Positions 14,201 to 26,358 are shown, counted from the first letter of the stretch. The stretch: 64,000 nt of DNA from Adineta vaga (GCA_021613535.1 CP075492.1:4278001-4342000), one strand, 5' to 3'. Numbers and translations are program-made. Notes: generated from the sequence alone by a model not told the origin.

Positions 14201-14870
14201 CAATTGTTATATGAAATATCCATTTTAAAAGACATGACAAATTTAAATTAGATAGATCAGTTTCATAACCAATGAATAACAAAGTTTTACCTTGAATAAA
14301 TGTTCGAAAGCGAGATTGAAAAAATTTATTTTCATACAATTCATCAAAATCTTTATTATTGAAAACTAGCGAATCTGGTTTTTGATAATGTCCGTAAAGA
14401 TGTAAAATATAATCTTTCATATTCTTAAATGAACCATCACTTGAATATTCATTCCATGTCAATGATGATTTGTTAAGTAAATCTTCAAGAAGTAAATCAT
14501 AATTTGTTGTTATTATTGGACATTCTAATTCGCCTATTGCCTTGATTAGTTCTGGGTTTTGTGGAAATAATTGACCAATAGTTATCATTAAATTTGCTGT
14601 TTCTTCAACACCTATTTCATTAGAATAATGATTGATTTGATCACTCGTACTTGAATAACCAACCACTTCTGTTGTGGTATTGTTCGATTGGTTCATATCA
14701 TCTCGAAAATCTTTACCATTTCGTCGTACTTGTTGATGTTTTAATTGGTGTTTCCAATGAGAAATGTTTTGTTCAGCATTTGTTGTATAAATTGATATAT
14801 CTGGACCAACAAATACTAGAACATTATTTGAAACAATGTTCTTTTTAAGTTTCTGAATTTCATCTGCCAT
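8271..14870 (-). CDS. SIR2-like domain + NACHT (STAND NTPase) + long helical/HEAT-like C-terminus, 2199 aa, intronless
   Basis: N-terminal VLVFVG, IITTNYD, ILHLYG, TLLFIGY (SIR2_2-like); Walker A GHPGSGKTT; Walker B FIIFEGLDE; sensor FVITSR; NPQLA; winged-helix FIHRTFQEYLAA. Confidence 0.88.
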   Translation of the reverse strand: MADEIQKLKKNIVSNNVLVFVGPDISIYTTNAEQNISHWKHQLKHQQVRRNGKDFRDDMNQSNNTTTEVVGYSSTSDQINHYSNEIGVEETANLMITIGQLFPQNPELIKAIGELECPIITTNYDLLLEDLLNKSSLTWNEYSSDGSFKNMKDYILHLYGHYQKPDSLVFNNKDFDELYENKFFQSRFRTFIQGKTLLFIGYETDLSNLNLSCLLKWIFHITIDDNPPTIYKLIRSNIHRSLLENLKEIPYGNTFDDLISFLRNLLSFSTLIRENILSINRRENVLKKYLNYLINEYDHITLFGYENEDILLKLENIYVELKFDPTHPSIKAMKTIDINEEFKEKVLSYGFFNENEKKKLIRSIIQQNSFYSETIYRDLMIDQWLNILLSNTRIFSNDESISIRNKISQLKQNIFEKNHFKEIKQYEIQEAFNEFKHFIILGHPGSGKTTISKWLIINMAKQCLGKENLLFNEKNSSKNKIPILIPIWKYFDQIKNNNCKQLKLSLLEFLYENVTLNSNYFTKEENKDLSLLIMESLLNGNVFIIFEGLDEVPIYIDRNDLIKEMNLLLEHGIDYDYKTKKLIYSIYEKKEINNTKDLINGNRFVITSRIEGNYFEEINFFIPRLTIEDMSNESLRLFCNSYTKCTKKEFIIDQLYNNISKNKDIFQLAINPQLASVIVSIYNQANEKLPEKRIDLYEIAIEKMIQRIISSSNNENLYLNSIILWSILQEIADYLHYKVEGLSENNLKEIIGKYYLINYKKEDLNNIDELILKLVDIFKYKVGLLNEFGHDSFRFIHRTFQEYLAAKNIIYLNGIERSENIIYENIQLKINIPNWRVPLNMTFGILSKFYQNNQLFYRILRKLLINEQILSLSTLIVPFVIIDSLNDMYFSSKETEQEMIEKLSDLLLFDYKNLLGFSKLKEHQTLIHSYFLKLQNKSSLTMIKWFNEKFHETNENISPCSNIIYQLKWFSPKFHEIFLKNLHSDSQIWNWPIDSILRYYSTNIKDQSILTQLQFKKILLDNPHLIIHISKNMNWLCLIISLYGGYQNYDTPKTILEYAELAQFLSLSDNERIPFIFYFRDTWDRNDTAYSMAVYLNGFKAKDNWTKIPIFDVNEIYKDSFLTTRIIELVRENRDTRELIAELREQISNEQLCINIRTEASIALIVLGDFDSIQRQDKVLRTNVENRIEELISVLKDPIARYSSHIQNYLLQLYNHMKINQSKYHLNYSNYCRIYLSFIANSGGIPVDTKLLAETVDNMDDKCDLYAEYFVSKMTGNSSGDLRYDVAVLCDICIKTLKSDLIIKSFLKINNTIQIYKPIRSCSWSTDQFPFESFEEDDIPIAFLNCLENIHTNIAFVIDIICDIFINEEYFIRNSELIPIFILFIFGIMSKELNKTDIYSKLLPELNEIVNVKEFLLNKIQSMSNPYYKSRAFYQLAQFYDEKSDELLNESNNLTDNIVDGSLRFQVLEKIYNVAHYKDVKENDFIQHILDKLISTLDQIEKIDDQIIASIRLSFYGCEEFRKKYLRNALEILNEMDENNEKLKLIIKLKPLISIYDDLCEKLDEIVFNLENNEYRYFVNSYYGKILCAKQLNDISDNIELQSLFRLFAQLNDAKIILNKNDNLDQLWLNLYKDTNNQLNIEKILKIGINNELFLTSQVAIIIDELIKQGKEERISIIFPYLIKPSNEVLPIVQRWFIDYPNRQIMKLSALLLVETKHIFELVVETLINLLNNDNDQLRYRAQRIFQHPERDPSEPSKTISVIGEKALLKILQGIVMKEHLLKVRVYLRTFFFDVLWDDPLVLKNLCRNIAQSNDGENFHLNRIKFINNHTWNALIQSLQSPSYSFYSENFFESTIRLVERSRIQEQDWIEFQRIFSNIDTNSFVEKLYFIQTDIEIIRSIINEIWSLSNVTDETYFDILQSKIISLSTIEVKNILLENYLSVQNIGRCTFFTSTFNLNQTVLNTLNDLSINVVNIENLIKWLIQNILRSNNRNSRMVSLMIADCLLSLVSACVQKENYLYRKITNASNFNKEQFTKILIEILNHHPCFGARGNAFILLAAMDLSDHKIIINALNTLFDENLVKELATIGIPLIHLSPNEFIDDLLNSLNNESAIKVYELLKIITQFALDEKIDANCKSNIINYIAKEIGEFKSKRLVNYYYTDIKIPFTTTLENEFYKTWIKIQGLSGKSQYSMTTNE

Positions 14871-15456
14871 TCGTTGTCAATAGTTTATGTCAAATATATA
14901 TGTTTATCTGAAATGAAATGGAATTGATTACTTATTTGTTATACTTATGTGTTTTACTCTAATGAACATATAACAATGTGATACTCGAACTTTTGTATCT
15001 TGATTTCGTCGAAAGACACACCATGTGTTGGAAGAAAAACAGAAAAGCATGACTGTTTTTTGTCTCGGAAGAAAAACAATGACTTTTTTCTTCTTTCTCA
15101 CTTGATTTCTTCCAACTGACAACAATGAATTACAACAGTTTGTAATTGCATATTTTAAGTAAAAGTTTTTCCGATATATTTCAAACATCTACTACTTCTC
15201 AACTAATTTTTGATAATTATCATAAGACGTATTCCATCGATTCATGTATTAAAATTGTTTCTTCTTCTTTTGATTTAAAGAAATATGTAGTTGCGCAATA
15301 TCTTGAAAGTGTAGTCTGATTAACAATAAAATGTGTCAGTAGATGTTATAGTTCGTTTCACATCCTTCGAATTGCCTCTCGATCTCATTCAAATTTATTC
15401 AATAGTTTCTGAAATAAGATATATAACAAGATCGTATTAGAAAGTCAGCAGTATAG

Positions 15457-17457
15457 TTATTTAAGATGAGCAGTAAGAGCATTCCAGCTCTCATCTTCAG
15501 GGTTGATAAGTGTAAGTTTTACATTCCATAAACGCTCTTTCAATTGCTGGATGTCGTCAATACAGAATACGGCTGCCATAGAGAACAAGACTTCTCTCTC
15601 AGAAGGATTTACGGAGAGATGAGAGATGGAAGCAAACGGCGTCGTATGAGTTATGGTAAGATCAACGGTAATTTCATAGATTACTGACACATCAGGATCT
15701 TGGATAATATCGTCGAAATTACAGGCAAAATCATTGGCTTGATCTGGATCAGTCGTAGTTGATAAAAAACTATTAATTGACATTCGATTTCCGATGTGAA
15801 ATCTTTCTAATTCAATCATTGGCATTACCACACCTCGATAGAGAGTCGACGAGGATTACGTGCACTTTCGTTTCTAATGAATTCGTCTTGTAAATCATGT
15901 AATTGATTATGAAGATCACGTATAAATAAACGAAATTTAAAGATAAGATCAATTTTTTCCAATCGAAGAGTCTGATTTAATAGTTGATATAGAAAAGAAT
16001 CTTTGGTATACCATCGAGCGGCATCGTTACTTTTGTATGTGTCCTTAAATATGTCGATTTGACCTAATATGATGTTACTCGCTGTATATTTTATTCGACA
16101 AAACTCTACCATCTCTTCTTTAGCAAACTCTGTTTGTTCAAGACGCAGCACTATATCCATTAGCACCTGAAAGCTAAGAAATGGTCCATTCATCTCGTTC
16201 AGATCTCGCATAAATAACTGTGTCGATCGACCATCAAAGAAGCTGCGATCTCCAAGACTTGTTTTCCATACTTTTTGTTGTTCCCGATATTGTGGATCAT
16301 CTTCATCGATAAGAGTTAGTTGTATCATATATCGACCTGATTTTCCACGTTCTACACTATCCACACGAAATAAAGAACGCCAAGATATAAGTGTTTCTTT
16401 TTCTTCACTAAATTCACTCAAGTCGTCAATAGATGCATAAATGGCTCCTCGGACGTTTAATGGAATACGAATAGTAAAAAGTACAAAACAGCGTTCTGGA
16501 TCGTTAAATCCATCCATTGAAAATAGTTCTGCTAACTCTTTTTCCCTGGTGGTTGATAAAAATGGATTTATTGCGATGATACCCCCCAGATTCGCTGTTA
16601 TATACTGATTTTCCTCAATGCTCATTGGTTGTCCACGATAGACTTCTACTAACTCACTAGCAGTGATATCTAATTCCCTACTCTGCAAATTTTGTAATTG
16701 TTTTTGAATATCCAAAAGAAGTATTCGATATTCAAAAATAGCATCGATATTTCCGCTGCGAAGTCTATGATTAATCATTCGATATATAAAAGTATCTTTT
16801 GTGTACCATAAAATGGCATTTTCTGAAGTGTAATTAGACTCGAATTCTTCTAGAATACCTCGATTCCTTTCATTATCATCAGGGACATCCCTATGAATAG
16901 CATCAGTTAACTCTCGTTTTGCAGTTTCTGTTCGCTGAAGATGACTCAAAAGACTGAAGAAAAACTGATACCAAATGAAAATGAAAGGTTCAGAAGATAA
17001 ACTGTGACTTGATTTTGATTCAACTATTTTCTGTGTATTTCGCTTCATCCATTCCAATATATCATCCGCCAGTGCTGAGATATCTATTTGCGTGTTACGA
17101 AGATAAGCTCTACCATGACCATCATGTATAGATATTTCCATTTTGATCTCTGAACGAATATATACGTTTTATCTGAGGTAAACGTGCATGAAGAACTTTG
17201 ACAGTATTGAAAACATTGCTTGGAATGATAAATACGACATTAATTTCACTTTTATCAGCTATCGTCATGTCGACCCATTCGTCGATGTTATCTATTTGAA
17301 CGATTGGTAAGTGTTGCAAACGTTGGAGTTGTTCTTGAAGAAATGGGTATGAAATGAAATCGATATTATATAACACGATAGCAATTGCAGGAGTTGTCAT
17401 TCTTGGTGATGATATGTTGTCTCTATCGGTAGAAGGAGTTGATCTGGACTTGTTCAT
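15457..17457 (-). pseudogene. Tandem NAD:arginine ADP-ribosyltransferase (two ART domains) with N-terminal alpha/beta domain, split by two frameshifts (pseudogene or assembly error)
   Basis: Three overlapping ORFs (17457-17122, 17141-15825, 15831-15457). Domain 1: WYTKDTF, VYRGQ, FLSTT, EKE. Domain 2: WYTKDSF, LYRGV (shifted frame), FLSTT, EREVLF. Confidence 0.8.
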
Positions 17458-18844
17458 AGTTATTTATTTGATGAAAGTAGATTTTGCCGATAAGATCTAT
17501 TTTAAAAAAAATCGAATATACCGAAATCTACTTTGCAACGACTGACACATTGGTGCTATTTATGAAAAATATTAATGTAACAGTAGTTGTGCATTCTGCT
17601 ACTTTATGGTTTTATAATGACACAATAAACTCTGTCGGGAATAAATATTCTAACTTGTTTATACTATAAGAAAGAACAGCATTTCAAAGACTACACGATC
17701 ATAGTGTCTATATTCAAGAGAAAAAAAAGAATTGGAGACAAGGAATATTATCGCAAATAAAAACCCCTTAGTGGTCAAATAGAAAAGAGATGAAGACAGA
17801 GGGCATAGCATGATTGGTAATACATGTAAAAGCAAATTTAAAATAAGTTTTTAGACATCTGTATATAAAGTTTACAATTTCATTTCGATGAAATAATAAA
17901 AAATGGTCTCACCCGCGCCAATATAATTTTTTACATTAACTTGTACATGTGATATATTTACTCAGCATAATCTCTCTTTACCATTTCAAGTTACAATATG
18001 TAACGAAATACTATTGGATGACGTGGAAAGAAAATATTTTGAAAACATAAAGAAATGTTATTGTTCTTTCTTTTTACAATTTCTTTAGCAATCCTGTAAA
18101 CAGCAATGTAAGATCTGTTCGAACTCATTGATTTACGATCTATCAAGGAAATCTAAATGCAGAATTTTAGTATAATTGACTGCGGCTCAACAAAAGTGCA
18201 ATCTACACACACAACTAATGCACCTATATGAATTACTGATTAGTTAGATGATTCATAAATTCAATAAATATAATACTGTGAAGTTGAATTCAGTAAAAGT
18301 AGTAGATGAAGAAACAATGCTTTCTTTTCTCGTAATAATAACAAATAGTATGGAGAGGAAATAATATTATTTGACTTGAATAAAACTTTAGAAGCAATTT
18401 GTACTTGCTCGAAAGATCCCTATGTAAAATTGATGCTGCAATATAATCTACACATCTCTGACTGTGTGTTTTGAAATGTATTCCTCTTAAAAAATTCGAT
18501 AAAATGGGTTATTTAAAGTGCATCTATATCATTGTTTTTTTTGTCCTACTAAACTTTTTTGATCTTTGTACGAGAAGAAACAAAAACTTCTTATCAATAA
18601 TGACAAGCATCTTAGTACCAAAATAAATAAAAACGAGGTATGAATACCTTTTCACATGTTAGATAAAAACAAAACGGCAAGCTTTCTATCGATGAAAAGA
18701 AACTTCGACTTATGAAGAGTTTTGTTTTTATCATTTTTACGAAGACATACTATGGAACATAACCAGAACAAATTCAATCTATCTATAGATAATCTTTCTA
18801 ATATGAATAATTGCAATCAAAAGTAAAACAAAATACATTTTTCT

Positions 18845-20685
18845 CTAGAGTTCTTTTCGAATAGCATCTTCGAGAACATCGACAGCAAAATCTGCATCTT
18901 CTTTTGTAATACACATTGGTGGTTTAATACGAAATACATTTCCAAAATTACCACCTTTTCCTAATAATAATCCATTATGTCGACAACGATCTAATACTGC
19001 ATTCATTTTTTCAACTGGAAATGGTTTTCGTGATTCCTAAGCAAATAATCCCAAGATAAATCGATCAAATATTTTCTTTTCTTACTTTATCTGTGACCAT
19101 TTCCATTCCGATCAATAAACCTTTACCTCGAACATCACCAATAACATTGGGTAGTTGATCACGTAATTTGGCTAAGCGTTCTAATAGATGTGTACCTACT
19201 CGAAGAGCATTTTCTTGTAAGTTTTCTTCTTTAATAACATCAAGCACAGCTGATGCAACAGCACATCCAATTGGATTTCCACCATAAGTATTAAAATATG
19301 TTCCAATAGTTTTTGCGATTTCTGGCCGAGTAACAATAGCTGCAAATGGAAAACCATTCGCAATTGCTTTTGCCATTACAACTAAAACAATCATAATATT
19401 AGAAAAACAATAATAACTTTCCTTTTCCAAACAAATCATTTACCAATATCGGGCTTCGCTCCATGTGCTTGATAACCCCAGAAATGTGTTCCTGTTCGAC
19501 CAAATCCACTTTGTACCTACAAATAAATCAAATTCATATTCATTTAAAATTTTCATTCTCCTAACGAACTTCATCAGCAATATATAATCCACCATTTTGT
19601 TGTACAAGTTCAGTTGCTCGTTTGACATAACCTTTTGGAAATTGTACTGTTCCACCATATCCCTATTAAATCAAAGATGATTTTTCTTTGCTATGAACAT
19701 AAAATAATTTAGCAAACTTGAATAGATTCAATAAACATTCCAGCAACTTTCTTTTTTGATACTTCAAAACTAAGTAATTCTTCTAATTGTTCAACATAAC
19801 GATCTGATGCTTGACAATGATCTTTCGAACAATTACATGAACGAGTTGTTTGAACAGGTGAATCTCGACAATATCGACCACCCCATATACCACGATATGG
19901 ATCAGGATTCATTGCTACTCGACTTCCAGTTAAATAAGGTCGTTTAAATCTATTTGAAAAAAAACAACATAGTTATTCATTAGAATAGAAAATTAAATTC
20001 ATAGTTACCCAGCGATATTTGTTAAACATAAAGTCGATTGAACAACACCATGATATGAATTTCTATAAACGAGAAAACATTTAAATATCAATTTAGGATT
20101 CATTTCTTGTCACCTGAGTGAAATAACTTCAGTCTGTTTGGTATATTCTTTCGCTAAATGTAATGCTAAATCATTTGCTTCCGAGCCACTATTCACAAAC
20201 AAACAAACCTAAAAGTATTTCTTAAACATTTTCTGTTCATCGTTCTCCTTTCTTTTCCTACTGATAAATGTGGATCATCTTTAAAATGTTCTAATAATTT
20301 CGTTGCATAATCTCGAACACTATCTTGTAAATAATATGTTGACAAATGCCAATATTTATTCATTTGTTTATTTGCTGCTTCAATTAATCGTGGATGACAA
20401 TGGCCAACACCTACAGTAACAATTCCAGCAAAGAAATCTAAATAACGTTTTCCAGCTGTATCAAAGATAAATTGCTTTTCAGCATGAGAAACATGAAGAT
20501 GTTCTTTGTATTGAAGAAATGGAAATGAGAGATGTTGAGCAAAGAATTCACCAATTGATTTTTGATTTGTTGATGCAGTTCGAATAATCTATCGAGAAGA
20601 AGAAAAGTGATTTAGTTTAGAACAAATCAATCGTTTTATTTTGAAATACTTGTTTTGAAGGTGTGTGAAGAGATCGAAGCAACAT
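18845..20685 (-). CDS. AGXT2: Alanine-glyoxylate aminotransferase 2-like (class III PLP aminotransferase), multi-exon
   Basis: [58 protein letters not shown] (PLP Lys), [26 protein letters not shown]; ATG 20685, TAG 18845-18847. Confidence 0.93.
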
Positions 20686-21002
20686 TTTCGTCTTAATAGT
20701 CGATGTGTCTATTTCAATCGAGCATATAAAGGTAAGTAACAAAGAAGATAAGAGAAGAATAACGTGACGTTATGCTATCTTGTGTTTACAAATTAATCTT
20801 AGTTATTATCTGTACATGTGCGATCATTTCTATACGATAACGATAAGAAACAGTTTGGACAATATAAACTGATTTTTGAGTTTTGTACTATTATTATTAT
20901 TATTTCGAATTAAATAAAGAGTTTAATATAAAAACAACAACAACAACAACAAAAAATGAAGGAAAGAAAAAAATAAATCACTGCATTTTATCTTAATAAT
21001 TA

Positions 21003-22423
21003 TTATAATATAGAAGATTTACGTAATTGAGATAGAAGACTACGTCGTCGTTCATTTGTGTTTTTTTTCGTTGTTGAAGTTGGATTACGTCGTGTCCATC
21101 CAACAATTAATGGTATTCGTGAAGAAGATGTTTCCTCTGTATCACGAGATTCTTTCGATACAGCTGGTGCAAGTAAAGGTACAGATGATTCTTCTTGAAC
21201 GACTGTTGTCGATGAAGGTGGTGCTGGTAGTGGTGAACATGTACATTGATTATTATTATTGCTATTCGTTGTTGGTATTGTTCCTTGTGGTAAAAGATAG
21301 GATCGAGAAAAAGTATTATAAGGTATTCCACATGAATTCGTCATTTGTTGATAGATTTTATGTGGATGATGACAAACGATTGGAGAATGATGGTGACGAG
21401 TCATAGTTAATAAATATTCAGGTATACATTCATATTGATGATTTTGGGGTGTATCTTGTCCGTCAACAGGTTTATCTATAGATAAAGATTGAGTAGTTTC
21501 ATTTGATTTGACAGGATGACGAGAGGAAATGTTTGTCATTGGCATTAATTGATGGGAATAATAATCATCACAACAATTAAATGTGTTAGATGTACACTAG
21601 AAGAAGAAGAAAAAGAATAATTCATAAGCAAAAATTTCAACAAAGATCTTTTTCCTTGACTGTGGTTTTCAATTACTAGGTCGATATCTTCTTTCCTCAG
21701 TAGAAAATACTTCCAAGGTCAACCTCATCAAAAGTAAATCTCATATTTGATTTAAAAAAAACTAACAGTCCAGATGTTATTGATTTTTATCGTTGACAAG
21801 TGTCTATTATCGATTTCCGTATAAAATTGATCGATAAAATGTTTCACACCTGTCTGAAATCTTTCACATACACACTTCATTTTCTAAAGTGTTTTCCTTT
21901 ATCAACTAACATGATATCTTTGACCTTGAATGTTTAATCAATTAGAAAGCATTTCTATTACCTTGTAATGTTCACTTGTTCTTGTACACGAATCCAAATG
22001 AGATTGATGACGACGATAATAATGAGTTTTCGATGATAATGAACCAGACATAATATAATTTTGATATTGTTTTTCTTCTTTTCGTAATTTTCTAAAACAA
22101 AACAATCATAAAACGAATGTTCAATGGAAATTGTCATACTTGAGACAAATAAAAATAAATATCGCAATAATAATACAACAAATAACACTAAGAACAGCCA
22201 AAATAAGAAGAAAAATATTTAACCAATTAATTGAATCTTCATGTTTTTTAATAATAGTTGATGAAGAAGATAAATTCAGAAGATTTAATGATGGTCGTAC
22301 ACATCGACCATTTAAAATTTCTACGGTTTGAAAATTTTCAAATAGAGAACCAGGTGGTGTAGGCGGTGGTCGAAGAGTAAATAAAGGTGGCGGAGGAAGT
22401 TGAGATATCCCGTTCTTGTTCAT
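21003..22423 (-). CDS. Hypothetical single-pass membrane protein: Pro-rich N-terminus, TM helix, long disordered cytoplasmic tail (3 coding exons)
   Basis: Exons ~22423-22139, ~22091-21961, ~21597-21003; TM IFLLILAVLSVICCIIIAIFIFIC followed by basic RKLRKEEK; ATG lies directly after an AG acceptor. Confidence 0.6.
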
Positions 22424-25400
22424 CTAAACATTAGTATATCATTAGAAAAAAAAGATTTCTTCCGTCGAAATGTATCGATAAGTCACGAACTATACATGCT
22501 TATTATCATACACTTAAAATACCGACCTTCCCTCTTTTCTTCTTCTTCTTCTTTTCTATTGCCTCGAAGAATTTTTATTAAGATGCTATTTCAAGATGAT
22601 GGTAACGCCTTTTCGCTTGACAAACAACGAAGAAGAAGAAGAAGGAAGAAGAGAAAAGGTTTATTTATTATAACGGATGAAAAAAACGAAGAAAGAATAG
22701 ATATTGTCCTTGGTTATGTCTCAGATTAAACTCAACGTTTATACTTTATTCTTCCCGATAGGCAGATGCGATTTTTCCTTTTGCTAACATTCAATAAGAA
22801 GAATATTTCTCTCTCTCTCTCCTTATTCATATTACGTATATACAATAACGACGAGAAAAGAAGAAAACCGATTGAATGACCTAAACACTAGCCGTTATCA
22901 CTGCATACAAGTTTATATCGTTGAAAATTCCTTGTCAACACATATGCAAGTTGATATTCCATCATAAGATGAATGTATTATGTAAACGTGAGAAGCAAGA
23001 ATTGTACTGATATCCTATGATTGATTTATCTTTATTCAATCGAATAAAAAAGAATGACGAGAATTGTCATTTTAAACACTCAAGAAACAAAAAAAATGTT
23101 ATACCCTCAAGGTCATTTTCTTTCTATTCACTTATACAATTGAACAATCGTTTATCATCATATGAGTATTAATGTGCATCCTTCAATTAACAACTAATGA
23201 CATGTGACAACCCTTTCATTAGCACAAGATCAAAATAAGCCAAGGGCAATTCAAGCGAATATCAAAAAAAGAAAGAAAGCAAGCTAGTCCGATAGAATAG
23301 ATATTCAATTCGAATAAACAATCTTCTTGCATTAAGCTGATACACGATGCTGAAGAGCACATCGATCTAATCCTGTTTGTTATTCGATCCACATAGTATA
23401 AACTAATGTCTAGTTGTCCTTATTGAAAGAGAGAAATGAAACTTATCATTATATAACTATTTAATTAAACAAAATGAACTCATCTTCACACCTTATATCA
23501 TTATTTTAAACTAAACAAAAAAAGGCAAAGAATTTTCTATTCATTCTTATCTATTCACCTAAGATATTCATACACGCAAACGTTAAGACGTAAAGATTTT
23601 AATCGATAACATGTAGTCAATTGATTTGCAAATGAAAAAAGAAACTAATAACTCAATGTATAGTTATTCAATATCTTCTTGTCAAAACTTGAGATCACAA
23701 CGTGATGTAAGCATCTGATATTGAGACATACGAACAATTGAAAGATCATTAGATGAAAACAAGTTTTTATTCATTCCGAATTGTATAAATTAAGACAAAA
23801 AAAACGAATGTAAACTCACTTGAATTGTTAAGATGACACTAAATAATTCTCTGAATACTAGTCATTATTGAAAATATCATATTCGCTCTATTGAACTCTT
23901 GTTATAACTCTGAAGATTATGTAAAGAAAAAAAAGAAGGAGAAGAAGAAGAGAGAGAAAGAGAAGAATCTGGTGCATGGCGGCGGGATATACATAACATT
24001 GATGTATGATTGCTTTTTTGCAATGAATAAGAGACGAAAGACATATCTATCTAATGATCATTAAAATCGAAAGGTTCACTAGATAAGAAGAAGTGATGTC
24101 CTTTGTCTTACTTGGGTTCAATGTATTTCTCTGATCCAATATTTGTCAAGTAGTAATAAAAAAGAAACAGAACACTTTTTTCCTCTCATCTCTCATTCTC
24201 TCTACTTTATTATATGGAATTAGCCTCATTCCCTTTGAGAGAAGGTCAACCTTACATCTATACGGACAAATAAAAGAGGTCATTGCTTATTTGAAACAAT
24301 GTCTTTTTTTTCGAGAAAGTAGATGAACACCTGCAGTGTCATGTAAGACGATCTCTCTTCATTGACATTCATATCCTACCTTCTCTCTTTATAAACATAT
24401 ATATATATATATATACAACTTGTGAAGTATGTATATGTAGACCAGACGAATAGACCATCTAATCTTTTTTTATTCATGTGTTTAACAAGCTGAACATATG
24501 TTTAGAACACAGCAGGGAAGAAATACATACTAACAAAAAGTGAAGAGAAGTTTTCTTTTCTTCTTTTCGAACAAGAAAGAAATGCACATGTTTGTTGAAC
24601 GTGTTGCCAATGTTTGACAAATATTGAACATAATCTTGTTGTATTTTAATTTGATTTTTTCTCTCTTCTTTGAAGAAAAGTCTTCTTCTTTTAGACACTT
24701 TTCCTTTTTTCGATTATTAACCAATCAAATTGAGTCCGATTTGATTACAAACGAAACAGCTGGACGATGTCAAATGGGAATGATGATGGTGATGAGCTAC
24801 AGGCAATAGCGGTTGAAAATGAAAAAAATTACTTATGTGTCAATGATTCTCTTAGGATAAGATGAGATATGTCATCGATATGGACAGGTCAATCTCTTGA
24901 GGCAACAATTCCTAAGTATGTCATTGCTCACATCGTGTGCAGACGAAGAAGAATCACATCATGAATAGTGTCTATTAAAGAAACAAAAAAGATTCTTCTG
25001 TCATTGACTTCTTCATATAAGATATATTGAATTTATTTCATTTGATTGTTATGCAATATCATAGAACTTGTTTAACTAACCTATATTGAATTTATAAGTT
25101 TTCTTACATCAAGTGTTGATCGAATATAAAGAGTATTACTTACTAATATAGATTATTTCTTATTTAAAATATTCAGATTATACTTTCTAAAGATAGATAA
25201 TCAAGTCAAAATGTGTACATCGAATTCCGATGCAACCCACTAACTTCCTTTGATATCCACCTATAAGATCTGATTCCCATATCCGACTGTTTCTGATCAG
25301 ATTCGAAGTGATCCACTCTCATGAAATGATCGAAAAAGTAATGCCTATCTTAAATTGAATATCAGCATGATGAGTTGAGAATACATTCATGTATTTTACA

Positions 25401-26270
25401 TGATGCATCAAGATTTGCAAAAGACGATAACATGTTTCAATCCTCATGGAGTTATTTCATCGTTGCAGTAATTAAACCATCAGTAAGAAATGTTGCAGGT
25501 TTTTTAACAAAATTTTCATTAAGTTGAGTATTTGAATGAATAACTAATGTAAAAATCCTCCACAATGTGATTCTAATAGAATTTTATTTTGACTAAATCG
25601 TTTAGATTTATAATCAATATCACATAAAAGAAAAGATTATGTATGATCAATTGATTGTTGATGCTCTATGAAATATTAAATTTCTTGAAAATAGAAATGA
25701 AGATTAGCTTTATCTTACTGTGAAACTTAAAAGTAAAAAACAGAAACAGATTCAGTAGATGAATGAGTAAATTTAGCTAGCTCACGAATTCTAAAGAATC
25801 AGAATGATAAATTGAAATTGTTAATGAATTAAAATAATAAAGAAAATTTTCAAAGGATATCCAAAATATTCCTAATGTATCATTCGTTCGATATTGTTGT
25901 TGCTAATAGAAGAGAAAAGTATGATTGGGTTCAATTCTAATTTGTTGATATTCGTCAATCTATTAAGTATCTCGACATGTTGAAACACCAATTAATAATC
26001 TAAAAAAAAGAAAGATTTTATTTTGGTGTAAAAAAAAATTTTGTCGCACTTTAATTGACAAGCTGAAAGACGTTGAGTCCAAATAAGATTTTAATCGATT
26101 TTTCTCTTATTTGAATTTAAACCAATTTGATGACATGGTACACCAGTTAATCATTGTAAACCTTCAGATGTGGATCTACGACGTAAATTTGAATATGAAC
26201 CAAATAATTTTGTACAAGACAAACGCCTAGATCATCTAAAGTTTGTGCTAGAAGAATAGGTCGAAGCTAG

Positions 26271-26358
26271 AGGCCTGCAGGCAGGGTACGAAATTTTCAT
26301 AACCTGTATCTTGCCCTGCTGAGGATTTCGTAACCTGAAACCTGCCCTGCCCTGCCCT
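26271..26358. repeat. GC-rich inverted/direct repeat remnant (GCAGGG / CCCTGC), possible MITE fragment
   Basis: cctgcaggcaggg ... cctgccctgccctgccct inside otherwise AT-rich intergenic DNA. Confidence 0.4.
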
